In this document: piece by piece, positions 7,816 to 17,500 of the stretch
Numbering within the stretch: position 1 is the stretch's first letter
Layout of the letters: the number at the start of each line of letters is the position of its first letter
NCBI GenBank assembly: GCA_025839675.1
Contig: CP104013.1
Coordinates: forward strand, 3,630,001-3,662,000
DNA length: 32,000 bases
Origin: Candidatus Lokiarchaeum ossiferum
Lineage (GTDB): Archaea; Asgardarchaeota; Lokiarchaeia; Sigyniarchaeales; Promethearchaeaceae
Direction: 5' to 3'
Program-made: the position numbers and the translations under genes
Notes under the pieces: generated by a model
What the model saw: only the letters and a program-made list of their open reading frames with translations
What the model was told of the DNA's origin: nothing
Databases searched by the model: none

Positions 7816-8754
7816 ATGACAGAAATTGCAGCAGAAAAAATAATACAGCCAGATCCAAACGCATTAACAATTAAAACCCTCAAAACTGAGAGAAAATTTG
7901 AGTTATTTTTAAAGAGATATAAAAAGCAAATTATCCCTCTGTCTATATTTCTTTTGGTAGTCCTTTTCGCATTCATTGGTTCAGCAGTAGTCGGAGATCC
8001 TGAATATGTTTACGAAGTCATCATTGACGGTAGATCCACCGGTCTTCCTTTATTTTTTGCAGAACCGCAATCAGGATTACCTCTTGGAACAAACCAACAA
8101 GGATATAGCTGGTTTGCTGTACTCCTTCATTCCTTTAAGAACTCATTAAAAATAGGATTCACGGCAGGGATTGTTTGCGTAGTCATTGCAGTCTTCGTCG
8201 GTCTAATTGGTCCATTTTTAGGTGGTGCTATCGATGATTTCTTTGTTTTTATTACCAATATTTTCTTAGTTTTTCCAGTAATTCCATTTATTTTGCTTTT
8301 GGGGACAATGATGGAAAAAACGAGTGTATTGACTATAGAAATTGTAATTGCTCTATTTAATTGGCCATGGGCCGCTCGATCAATTCGTTCTCAAGTATTA
8401 AGTCTCCGGGAACGGGATTTTGTTAAGGTATCCAAAACATCGGGCCTTAGTGAAGTTAAAATCGCAATAGTGGATATAATTCCAAATATGTTTTCCTATA
8501 TCTTCTTGGTTTTCACTATTTTAATCAATGTTGCCATTTTAACGGAAGCCGGTATCGCTATATTGGGATTAGGTCAAAGTGATATGTGGACATTAGGACG
8601 AATGTTAGATTTGGATAGGAAGGCTCATATTATTCCGGGTTATTACCACCTATGGATACCTACTGGATTGTCATTAACGTTGTTTTTAGTCTTAATGTAT
8701 GTCATTAATACAAATCTAACGGAAGTATTTAATCCTCGATTAAGGGAAAAATAA
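7816..8754 (+). CDS. ABC transporter permease, DppC/OppC-like
   Basis: 312 aa, multi-TM, starting 3 nt after the previous stop with GGAGG at 7799-7803. The C-terminal ...NLTEVFNPRLRE resembles the OppC-type ...DPRLR tail. Confidence 0.85.
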   Translation: MTEIAAEKIIQPDPNALTIKTLKTERKFELFLKRYKKQIIPLSIFLLVVLFAFIGSAVVGDPEYVYEVIIDGRSTGLPLFFAEPQSGLPLGTNQQGYSWFAVLLHSFKNSLKIGFTAGIVCVVIAVFVGLIGPFLGGAIDDFFVFITNIFLVFPVIPFILLLGTMMEKTSVLTIEIVIALFNWPWAARSIRSQVLSLRERDFVKVSKTSGLSEVKIAIVDIIPNMFSYIFLVFTILINVAILTEAGIAILGLGQSDMWTLGRMLDLDRKAHIIPGYYHLWIPTGLSLTLFLVLMYVINTNLTEVFNPRLREK

Positions 8755-8789
8755 GTTGGAGAATAGAACAATTAAAAAAGGTAAAAAAA

Positions 8790-10379
8790 ATGGTTCAAGA
8801 AATATTAAATGTCAATAATCTCGTTGGTTGTTATAAAGGCACATTTGGAAAAGTATATGCAGTAGATCATGTCTCCTTGAAAGTAAATCGAGGGGAAATA
8901 GTGGGCATTGCGGGAGAATCTGGTTCTGGCAAATCCACTTTAGCTGAATTAATTTCAGGAATGCCTCGACCTCTCCTTCACTTTGAAAGTGGGTTAGTTG
9001 AAGTCAAAGGTTATGATATCTATCGAATCGATCAAAACACTTTGAGATCTGAAGTGTTAAGCCAAATTATTGGATATGCACCTCAAGCGTCTATGAATTC
9101 CCTTAATCCTGTCCTCAAAGTTAAAAGATTTCTATTAGATGTAATGAAACAAAGAACAGCTCAACAGTTGGGAATTGGAAGAAAAATTCGATTGAGTAAT
9201 TCAATTTTGTTGGAAGGCATAAAAAACAAGGATGCAATTGGAATCAAGGATGCAGAAATTCATAACTTTATTGAACTCTTCTTAAGATATTCCAAAATTG
9301 CGAAAAATCCTACTTATGAATTCTTACTCTTCTTAACCAAGATTTTGGTAAAAGATTTCGAGTTTCATTCATTCAAATTATTGAAGGATAAAGTACCTCT
9401 TCATATTCAAAACAAAATGAATAATAAAATTGATCTTGAAGAAGATGAAGAACTTTCGGCATTTCTAACCAAATTAATTAAAAACGCTAGCTCAACAACA
9501 ATCCATGATCTGTTTTTGAATTGCATTAAGAATCTTAAACAGTGGGAAATCGAAGAAGATTTCATAAAAATGCTTCACATTTCGATTAACAAGAAAGTAT
9601 ATAAAAAAATTCAACCAGCGATTGATCCCATGCTTACAATAGTATTTGCAAATCAAGATGATGTACGAATCAATCCTAATTGGGGAGAACTCTTCCCAGA
9701 ATCTATTTCGGGGGTTCCTCCTATTCCATTGAAATCTGATGCAGAAGTTCTTCAAGATGCTATCGTTCATATGGAAAAATTAGGATTAGATCCAAAAGTT
9801 TTAGACCTTTATCCCCATGAACTGAGTGGAGGGATGAAACAAAGAACAGTAATTGCTATCTCGACACTTTGGAATCCGAAATTATTAATTGTTGATGAAC
9901 CTACTAGTGCTCTTGACGTTTCAACTCAGAAGAAATTATTAGATTTATTTGTTCAATTACAAAGGGATAAGATTGTTGAATCGATCTTGTTTATTTCACA
10001 CGACATTCCGACTTTACGTCAGTTATGTACTCGATGTATTATAATGTATGGAGGACAAATTGTTGAGGATGCAGATATGGAAACAATTATCAACAATCCG
10101 AGCCATCCATACTCTAAAAGTTTGGTTGGGTCAATTGTATCCTTCAATCCTGATGGGTCAGTAGAAGCAGAATTATCTCGAATTGAGGGTGCCCCTCCTG
10201 ATTTGAGGGAACCTCCATCAGGTTGTAGATTTCATCCGCGATGCAAACGTGCCATGGATATTTGCAAGAGGGAAGTTCCTAACTCATATTATCCTAATGG
10301 AGAAAACCATCCTGTAAAATGTTGGTTATTTGATAAAAAAATTCGAGAGAATCAAATGGAGAATGAAAATGATGAGTAA
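8790..10379 (+). CDS. ABC transporter ATP-binding protein, OppD/DppD-like, with ~190-aa insertion in the helical subdomain
   Basis: Walker A GESGSGKST (aa 42-50), Q-loop Q99, signature LSGGMKQR (aa 345), Walker B LLIVDEPTSALD, H-loop ISHDI. C-terminal Opp-type extension NPSHPYSKSL...SGCRFHPRCKRAMDICK...VKCW contains four Cys. Total length is 529 aa versus ~320-330 typical. Confidence 0.9.
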   Translation: MVQEILNVNNLVGCYKGTFGKVYAVDHVSLKVNRGEIVGIAGESGSGKSTLAELISGMPRPLLHFESGLVEVKGYDIYRIDQNTLRSEVLSQIIGYAPQASMNSLNPVLKVKRFLLDVMKQRTAQQLGIGRKIRLSNSILLEGIKNKDAIGIKDAEIHNFIELFLRYSKIAKNPTYEFLLFLTKILVKDFEFHSFKLLKDKVPLHIQNKMNNKIDLEEDEELSAFLTKLIKNASSTTIHDLFLNCIKNLKQWEIEEDFIKMLHISINKKVYKKIQPAIDPMLTIVFANQDDVRINPNWGELFPESISGVPPIPLKSDAEVLQDAIVHMEKLGLDPKVLDLYPHELSGGMKQRTVIAISTLWNPKLLIVDEPTSALDVSTQKKLLDLFVQLQRDKIVESILFISHDIPTLRQLCTRCIIMYGGQIVEDADMETIINNPSHPYSKSLVGSIVSFNPDGSVEAELSRIEGAPPDLREPPSGCRFHPRCKRAMDICKREVPNSYYPNGENHPVKCWLFDKKIRENQMENENDE

Positions 10380-11169
10380 AGAAGCAAGTATTTTGCGATT
10401 TGACGGAGTGAGTAAAATTTTTACCTCTGGATTAATCAAAGTATCTAAAACTACTGCAGTAAACGATGTTTCCTTTGAAATTAAAGAAGGTGAAATTCTG
10501 TCTCTTGTTGGAGAAAGTGGAAGTGGGAAATCAACCATCGCCAACATGATTCTCCGAATAATTAAACCTAACCTTGGTCAGATATATATTAATGATCAAG
10601 AAATAGAAAAGATACCAATAAATGATTATTATAAACAAGTACAGATGGTTTTTCAAGATCCATTTAGTTCCTTTAATTATTTCTATAAAGTAGATCGGGT
10701 TTTGCATCAAGCAGTCAATTTCCATTATGGAAAAAAAATATCTGATACTGAAAGAACCAAACATATACATAACGCCTTGAAGTTAGTTAGTTTAAATCCT
10801 GAAGAAGTTTTAGGGAGATATCCTCATCAATTAAGTGGAGGACAACTTCAAAGATTTCTTTTGGCTCGTATTTTAATAATTGAGCCATCTGTCTTAATTG
10901 CAGACGAGCCTACTAGCATGGTAGATGCATGTGCTCGAGCAGAAATATTAAATTTACTTAAGAGATTGCGTAAAGAAATCAATATATCCATTATATTTAT
11001 TACGCATGATATCGGACAAGCCCAATTTATATCGGATAGAGTTATTGTAATGGAAAATGGGTTGTTAGTTGAACAAGGTCCAACAAAAAAAGTATTTTTG
11101 GATCCTCAACATCGATACACTCAAAATCTTTTGGCGAGTGTTCCAAGTTTGTATCGAAAATGGAATTAA
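10369..11169 (+). CDS. ABC transporter ATP-binding protein, OppF/DppF-like
   Basis: Walker A GESGSGKST, signature LSGGQLQR, Walker B LIADEPTSMVD, H-loop ITHDI. The likely start is ATG 10369 (MMSKEASILRFDGVSK...), overlapping the upstream stop by 11 nt. The ORF-track start 10330 is less likely. Confidence 0.88.
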   Translation: MMSKEASILRFDGVSKIFTSGLIKVSKTTAVNDVSFEIKEGEILSLVGESGSGKSTIANMILRIIKPNLGQIYINDQEIEKIPINDYYKQVQMVFQDPFSSFNYFYKVDRVLHQAVNFHYGKKISDTERTKHIHNALKLVSLNPEEVLGRYPHQLSGGQLQRFLLARILIIEPSVLIADEPTSMVDACARAEILNLLKRLRKEINISIIFITHDIGQAQFISDRVIVMENGLLVEQGPTKKVFLDPQHRYTQNLLASVPSLYRKWN

Positions 11170-11181
11170 TTTTAAGTTCAC

Positions 11182-11191
11182 TTTTTTTTTT
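11182..11191 (+). terminator. T10 tract after the second ATPase gene
   Basis: CTTTTTTTTTT lies 13 nt after the stop at 11169. TATA-like AT-rich sequence follows before the next gene. Confidence 0.4.
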
Positions 11192-11256
11192 AATATCCTG
11201 TTTTAATGCTCATATAATTCATATAGGAAAATCCAAAAAAATTGTTGAGAAATATA

Positions 11257-14223
11257 ATGGACACACGAATAGCTACTCGAAATTTAAAAAATTCTCCAGA
11301 ATCTCAAGCACAAAATATATTTTCTTCAATTATAAAAGAAAATTCACAAATTGATGCTATTTTTACCGACAGTCGTTTTAATCATGTTTTTGCCGCTATT
11401 AACATTCCTAAAAAAGCTCCAATTGTCATTGAAATATTGAAAAGTGAAATTTTTACATATTTCTTTGATCCAAACTGTTCATTACTATTCAAATATTCAG
11501 ATCGTGGTAGAGATGTTTCGTTGTATCAGTTTAAACTAGGAAAAACAACCCATTTGGCATTGAACACACCTCAAAAGCAGATATTGCTTACTATTTATAA
11601 TAAGGTATCTTCATGGGGGGGCAAATTAACTACAAAAGGGGAATTGGTTGTTGATTTGCTCTCGCCGTTACCAGGACCTCATTATTACACGAATTTATTG
11701 ATTGGAAATCGAATTGGGTTTGATTTTCCATTGCAAAGTACTCCCAAAGGAGTTGTGGATCGCTTGGGTCGCGGTAGTTTTCGTTCACATGCTGCAACTC
11801 AAGTTTTAGCCACTCGTTGGGATATGCTTCCTGAAGAGAATGGATTCCCAGCAAATCGGCAATTTTATCTACTTGAAAATGGCAAACAAATCTTTTTTTC
11901 AGCTAATCCTTCGGATGACAATATACTCGAAGCAAAGTGTGTTCACTCCCAAAATTATACAACAATTTCATATTCTACCAAATGTGGAATAAAAATTTTG
12001 CGAAAAATTTGCATTTTGCCACAAGAAAAGGGAATGCCTTTAGCTACTGAATTGCAGCAAATTTATATTGAAAATAATTCAGATTCAAATCGAGACTTAA
12101 AATTAATTTATGTAGGCATGTTTGGTTCTGCCACTCCCCATGCAATGAAGGAGGATGTCATTTATTCTAATATTATAATGCAATCTCAATTAGTAAGGAA
12201 TGAAGATGGTAGTATTAAAGCTGTAGGGTGGGATTATTATCCTGAATTCTGTCGTGAGGATCTTCTTTTTCATTCTTCCATTGCTCATATTGATAAGCAA
12301 GTAATTTATCCGACTGAATTTTGCTTTAATTATAACGATTTTGTTGGAAATGGAAATTTAAGTCATCCTCAAAATATTTATCCTCTTAACAATAAAATGC
12401 AACGAAAAGGTCCTGGTTTTTTTGCAGTTGCCTCTAATTTGTTAGTATCTGCAAAATCTTCAGTTTATATTGATAATTTTACTGGGATTGTATCCAGCAA
12501 ACTTAATCCGAAATTTGATGATCTCCAAACCTATGAGAAAGAAATCTCAAGTTTAATCCATAAATATTCGCAGAATGGGGCATCTAATTCTGTTCTATCA
12601 TCAATTATTCAATTTCAAGAAAAGTTCTCTGAATATCTTCAAGTTGAATCAGAAGATAAATATTTTCAATCTTATTTCAACAAAAATTTACCATTTCAAA
12701 TTGCGTATCAGACCTTTGTATCACGTTCGTTTGCTCAAACTCAGAAAGGATATCGGGAAATTGGATTCCGGGAAATTCAAGATTTATTTGCATCCATGTA
12801 CTATTTTAGTGCCATGGGTCAAAGTGAATTTGTAAAAACACTAATAAAAATATGGGCTAGCAAGGTTTTTGAATTTGGATTTGCTTATCATAATTTCTTT
12901 TGGAATGGTAAAGAACCTGGAAAATGGTCTGATGATGCACTTTGGTTATTACAAGCGATTGATCGCTACATCAAATTAACTGGTGATAATTCTATTTTGG
13001 ATGAAAAATGTGCCATTGCTGGAACTAACCCAAAAAAAAGTCGATCGATTTATGAGACAATTCAGGCAATAATTCAATTTTCTGCTGAGATTTCTGTGGG
13101 CCAACATGGTCTTCCCTTGTTAGATAAAGCAGATTGGAATGATTGTCTTCAGTTAGAAGGAAACCCAATAGATGGACCAACAAAAGAAAAACTCTATAAG
13201 AAACAAATTAGAGGAAATCCCACCTTAATAGAACCTTTGGAAAATAATTTTGCTGAGAGTGTTATGAATGCTTGTTTATTACAAATTGCACTAGATATTT
13301 CCATTAGATTTGCAGAATCACGTCAAGATGATAAAATACTCCAGAAATGGACTAATCTATCGACTAAACTTAAACATAATATTCAAACACATGGTTGGAA
13401 AAATGATTTTTATGCGCGTGTATTGTTTAATCAAGATTCAACTCATAATTATTCTTATTTAGGTGCTCAAAAGGATGGAATTTCCGCTGATCCTCATATT
13501 GATGGCTCATATTTCCTCAATTCATTTAGTTGGGCAGTAATGGCAAATATTGCTTCCGAAGATCAAATAGATATCATGTTAGATCGAATTGAAAAGTATT
13601 TGAAATCCCCTTTTGGAATAAAATTAGTCACTCCCACTAATTTAGAAAAAATACATAAAGGAACTGCTACGGGACATTATTTTCCTGGAGATCGAGAAAA
13701 TGGGGGCGTTTTTAAGCATGCATCAATGATGTTTACTGCCTCCCTCTTCAAAGCGGCAAATAATGTTGAAAAGGAAGAACTTGCTCGTAAAATGTGTCGA
13801 TTAGCATATTGGATGATAGATTTAGTCTTACCTTACTATACAATAGAAAATCCATTCGAAATCTGTGGAAATCCACGGTTTTGTACTCAATATAATAATA
13901 GCCAAACAGGTGAAAATATCGGACCTATTTTAAGTGGGACTGCAACTTGGTTGAACATCAGTTTGATCTCAGCCTTTGGTATAAATTATTCAAAAGATAA
14001 ATTGCAATTAAATCCAATCCTTCGAGAACAAGAAGAATATTTTCATTTTACGCTTAATACTGGGTCAACCATTTTAAATGTGAATATTTCTAAGCCCAAA
14101 GGATTTTATCGGATGAAAAATGCACAAGTTGAAATCAAATTAAATGGTAAAATTCAGAAAGGAACAATTTTCCCTTCCCTTCATGATCATCAAGAACATT
14201 TAATTGAAATAATATATCTATAA
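11257..14223 (+). CDS. Long, divergent GH94-family glycoside phosphorylase (cellodextrin-phosphorylase-sized; specificity unknown)
   Basis: About 988 aa from ATG 11257; the ORF-track start 11242 is a TTG. It carries GH94 catalytic-core equivalents of the cbp blocks: QKGYREIGFREIQDL (cf. GRGMGFRDSNQD), HGLPLLDKADWNDCLQL (cf. GLPLIGRADWNDCLNL), GDRENGGVFKHASMM (cf. KENGSIFCHTNPW), LSGTATWLN (cf. LTGTAAWNF). No signal peptide. Confidence 0.8.
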   Translation: MDTRIATRNLKNSPESQAQNIFSSIIKENSQIDAIFTDSRFNHVFAAINIPKKAPIVIEILKSEIFTYFFDPNCSLLFKYSDRGRDVSLYQFKLGKTTHLALNTPQKQILLTIYNKVSSWGGKLTTKGELVVDLLSPLPGPHYYTNLLIGNRIGFDFPLQSTPKGVVDRLGRGSFRSHAATQVLATRWDMLPEENGFPANRQFYLLENGKQIFFSANPSDDNILEAKCVHSQNYTTISYSTKCGIKILRKICILPQEKGMPLATELQQIYIENNSDSNRDLKLIYVGMFGSATPHAMKEDVIYSNIIMQSQLVRNEDGSIKAVGWDYYPEFCREDLLFHSSIAHIDKQVIYPTEFCFNYNDFVGNGNLSHPQNIYPLNNKMQRKGPGFFAVASNLLVSAKSSVYIDNFTGIVSSKLNPKFDDLQTYEKEISSLIHKYSQNGASNSVLSSIIQFQEKFSEYLQVESEDKYFQSYFNKNLPFQIAYQTFVSRSFAQTQKGYREIGFREIQDLFASMYYFSAMGQSEFVKTLIKIWASKVFEFGFAYHNFFWNGKEPGKWSDDALWLLQAIDRYIKLTGDNSILDEKCAIAGTNPKKSRSIYETIQAIIQFSAEISVGQHGLPLLDKADWNDCLQLEGNPIDGPTKEKLYKKQIRGNPTLIEPLENNFAESVMNACLLQIALDISIRFAESRQDDKILQKWTNLSTKLKHNIQTHGWKNDFYARVLFNQDSTHNYSYLGAQKDGISADPHIDGSYFLNSFSWAVMANIASEDQIDIMLDRIEKYLKSPFGIKLVTPTNLEKIHKGTATGHYFPGDRENGGVFKHASMMFTASLFKAANNVEKEELARKMCRLAYWMIDLVLPYYTIENPFEICGNPRFCTQYNNSQTGENIGPILSGTATWLNISLISAFGINYSKDKLQLNPILREQEEYFHFTLNTGSTILNVNISKPKGFYRMKNAQVEIKLNGKIQKGTIFPSLHDHQEHLIEIIYL

Positions 14224-14224
14224 C

Positions 14225-14242
14225 TTTTTTTTCCCTTTTTTT
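14225..14242 (+). terminator. T8 + T7 tracts after the GH94 gene
   Basis: TAAC-TTTTTTTT-CCC-TTTTTTT sits directly after the stop at 14223. Confidence 0.45.
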
Positions 14243-14545
14243 GTACATTTACACACTGTTATTTAGTTTGGCTATCCTAATAATACATCACTGATTATCA
14301 TGGTAATTTAATTCGTTGAAAATACTCTTAATATTTTGTTGGTTATATAGGTTCTCTAACGCTCCTTCATGCTAGAAAAAATGAGGGTCTATCCTGCAAT
14401 TCTTCTTATGTATTTCAAAATCTCGTTCTTTTTAAATTTCAGTTCCATATAAAAATTCAAGAAATATTTAAAAAATACAAAATTTAAGTAGTGATCAAAG
14501 CATTTTTGAAAAATTTAGACAAAAAAGTTGATATGTGAAATTCTA

Positions 14546-17500
14546 ATGAATAATAGAAAAGTTTTAAGAAAACCCCAGAAATTTGTATATTTTATGATTT
14601 TGATGGGTTGTATCTGTAGTTCTTCTTTAATAACCAGTCGTTTAATAATTAGAGAAGAAATTTCAATGGAAAAAACTAACCCAATATCTATTGAATTTAC
14701 TGAAGAAGAAATGTCATTTTCATCGATAGCAAGTTTATCTGCAAGTGATATAACACTATGGGATGAAAAATGGGCATTGAATTTATTTGAGCCTGAAAAT
14801 GAATATTTTTGGACCCGTTCAAGCCCTGGTGCTTATGATGTGGATAAGGATGGAGTTCTAGAAATAATTATGAATTATGAGGAAATGTATTGTATAAATG
14901 GAGAAACTGGAGAGATTGAGTGGATATTTGAATCTTTTTCACATTTGTATTATTCAAGTCCTGTTATCAACGATATTGACAGTGATGGTACCTTTGAAAT
15001 TGTAACTGGTTCAGGGGGGAATCAAATCTATTGTATTAATGGAGAAGATGGATCACTTCAGTGGGCGAATTACGATACTCATAGTGGTGCACAGACGGTT
15101 CCAGCTCTTGGAGATATTGATGGGGATGGAATCCAAGATGTACTCGTTGGTGTGAATGATGATAATCTTTATTGTTTGAATGGAAGTGATGGTGAAGTAT
15201 TGTGGTCATATTCAGGAAAGGATATGATAAAATGTAACCCCTCAGTAGGTGATATTGATGGTGACGGATATTTAGAAGTGATGTTTGGGGATGATTCTGG
15301 TGTTTTATATTGCGTAGATCACGAAGGCAAATTACTATGGACTTCTTCATTCAATGAGGAATTTAATTGGAACTCTCTTCTACTTGGTGATATTGATTCA
15401 TCTGGATATTTAAATATTATTTGCTCGGTAGGTTCGCTAACTTATTGTTTGAATGCAAATGATGGTTCAATTTTATGGGATTTTAATCATGGTTATTCAA
15501 ATTATTTTGGAATTACTCCAGTTCTTGGAGATGTCACAGGAGATGGTAATTACAATGTTGTTATTCCTGGCCAAAACTCTGTTTATTGCTTAGATTCTTC
15601 TTCTGGGGAATTAATATGGGAGCATAATGTTGATTGGAGTGATAAAACCTCTCCTGTCCTATGTGACTTCGATGGAGATTCATTCATCGAAATTATCTAT
15701 GGTGATGAAACTGGGAGTATAATCAGTCTAGACGGTTTAACTGGAAACGAAGAATGGAATAGTTTAAGTTATGGAAGTATACATTCAAGTCCAATTGTTT
15801 GTGATGTTGATTTTGATGGGCTTGCAGATCTAGTCTTTGGTACTGATTTAGGTGATTTATATTGTTTAAATGGTTTAGGTTCTCCGCGTTCACAACCAAT
15901 TCCATGGCCATGTTATGGCGGTTCATCCTTACATTGTTCAAATTTAGTTGATTTAAATAATGACTTCATACCAGATTATTATGAAATGTCATTAGGACCT
16001 CTAGATAGTGATCATGATAGATTAAGTGACAACGATGAAGCCATATATTTCACTGATCCATTAAATCCTGATACTGATGGAGATGGAATGATTGATGGTT
16101 GGGAAGTCCGATATTTTCTTAATCCTTTAGTAGATGATGGATTACTTGATAAAGATAACGATGGTCTGGTAAATATTGATGAATTACTCTATGAATGTGA
16201 TCCGACAAATCCAGATTCGGATTTCGATCAATTATTAGATGGACAAGAAATATTCATTTATTTTACAAATCCACTGTCACCAGACACTGATCAAGATGAA
16301 TTAAATGATTATTTTGAAGTAAATTACTTTGGTTCAAATCCAAACTATTTGGATAGTGATTATGATGGAATACCCGATGGTTGGGAAGTTGATTTCGGTT
16401 TTAATCCTTGTAATATAAGTGATGCTACTACTGATGATGATAACGATGGCTTAATTAATTTAATCGAATTTATACTCAATTCTGATCCATTAATATCAGA
16501 TTCTGATAATGATGGAATAATTGATGGAAATGAATATTTCAATTATGCTTCTTCCCCAATTATTTATGATACCGACAATGACAATCTTGGAGATGGACAA
16601 GAAATTCTTAACTATTTTACTTCACCAGTGAATGAAGATACAGATAACGATGGTTATCAAGATGGTCTGGAAATTAATTTGGGTTTAGATCCACTTAATT
16701 CGCATGACCCAATTGTTGGATTTTCTGGAGATATTGGAGAAGAAGCTTGGATGTCCCAAGTTTACTATACCAATGATGAAAACTTTTGGACACGATCAAA
16801 TCCGGTGATTTTTGATGTTGATAATGACGGTCAACTTGAAGTTATTATCAATTTTGAGAGTGTTTATTGCTTGAATAGTTTAACAGGAGAAATTGAATGG
16901 AAATTTGATGGTGTTTTGCATATGCAATATTCAAGTCCCGTAATTGATGATGTTGATGGAGATGGGACATTTGAAATTCTAACTGGCTCTGGAGGCAATC
17001 AAGTTTATTGCATCAATGGTGAAGATGGTAGTCTTCAATGGCTAAATTATGATACTCAAAGTGGTGCTCAAACAGTTCCAGCTATTGGCGATGTCGATGG
17101 TGATGGAATAAAAGAAGTATTTATTGGAGTAAATGATAACCGTTTATATTGTTTAAATGGAGAAAACGGTGATTATAAATGGTCTTTCAATGGATTTGGG
17201 ATGATTAGATGCAATCCATCCTTGGGAGACATCGATAATGATGGCTATTTAAATATTTTATTTGGCGATGATTCTGGAACACTATTCTGTTTAAATCCAG
17301 ATGGTTCTTTAGTGTGGAATAAATATTTGGGTAATTCCTTCTCTTATAATACAGTTATTTTAGGAGATATTAATAATAATGGGATGATAGAAGTAATTGT
17401 TTCTGTTGGATCAAATACATATTGCATAGATGGTCATAATGGAGATACCAAATGGGTCTTCAATCATCAATATCAAGATTGGATGGGCATTGACCCAGTG

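Noticed and set aside
9160-9740. Whether the OppD insertion is an intein or a mobile-element insertion
   Set aside because: There is no Cys/Ser/Thr at an N-extein junction followed by a terminal His-Asn + Cys/Ser/Thr pattern, no homing-endonuclease motifs, no flanking direct repeats and no frame disruption. It reads as an ordinary in-frame domain insertion. The antisense ORF 9492-9770 is a shadow.
11160-11354. 64-aa + strand ORF spanning the oppF-GH94 intergenic region
   Set aside because: It runs through the T10 terminator tract and overlaps the 5' end of the GH94 gene out of frame. Its Phe/Ile/Lys-rich composition derives from the AT-rich spacer.
14369-14452. 27-codon hydrophobic ORF (MLEKMRVYPAILLMYFKISFFLNFSSI) in the 300-nt gap upstream of the giant gene
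   Set aside because: There is no ribosome-binding motif or recognisable feature, and an ORF of this size is expected by chance. It cannot be supported from sequence alone.
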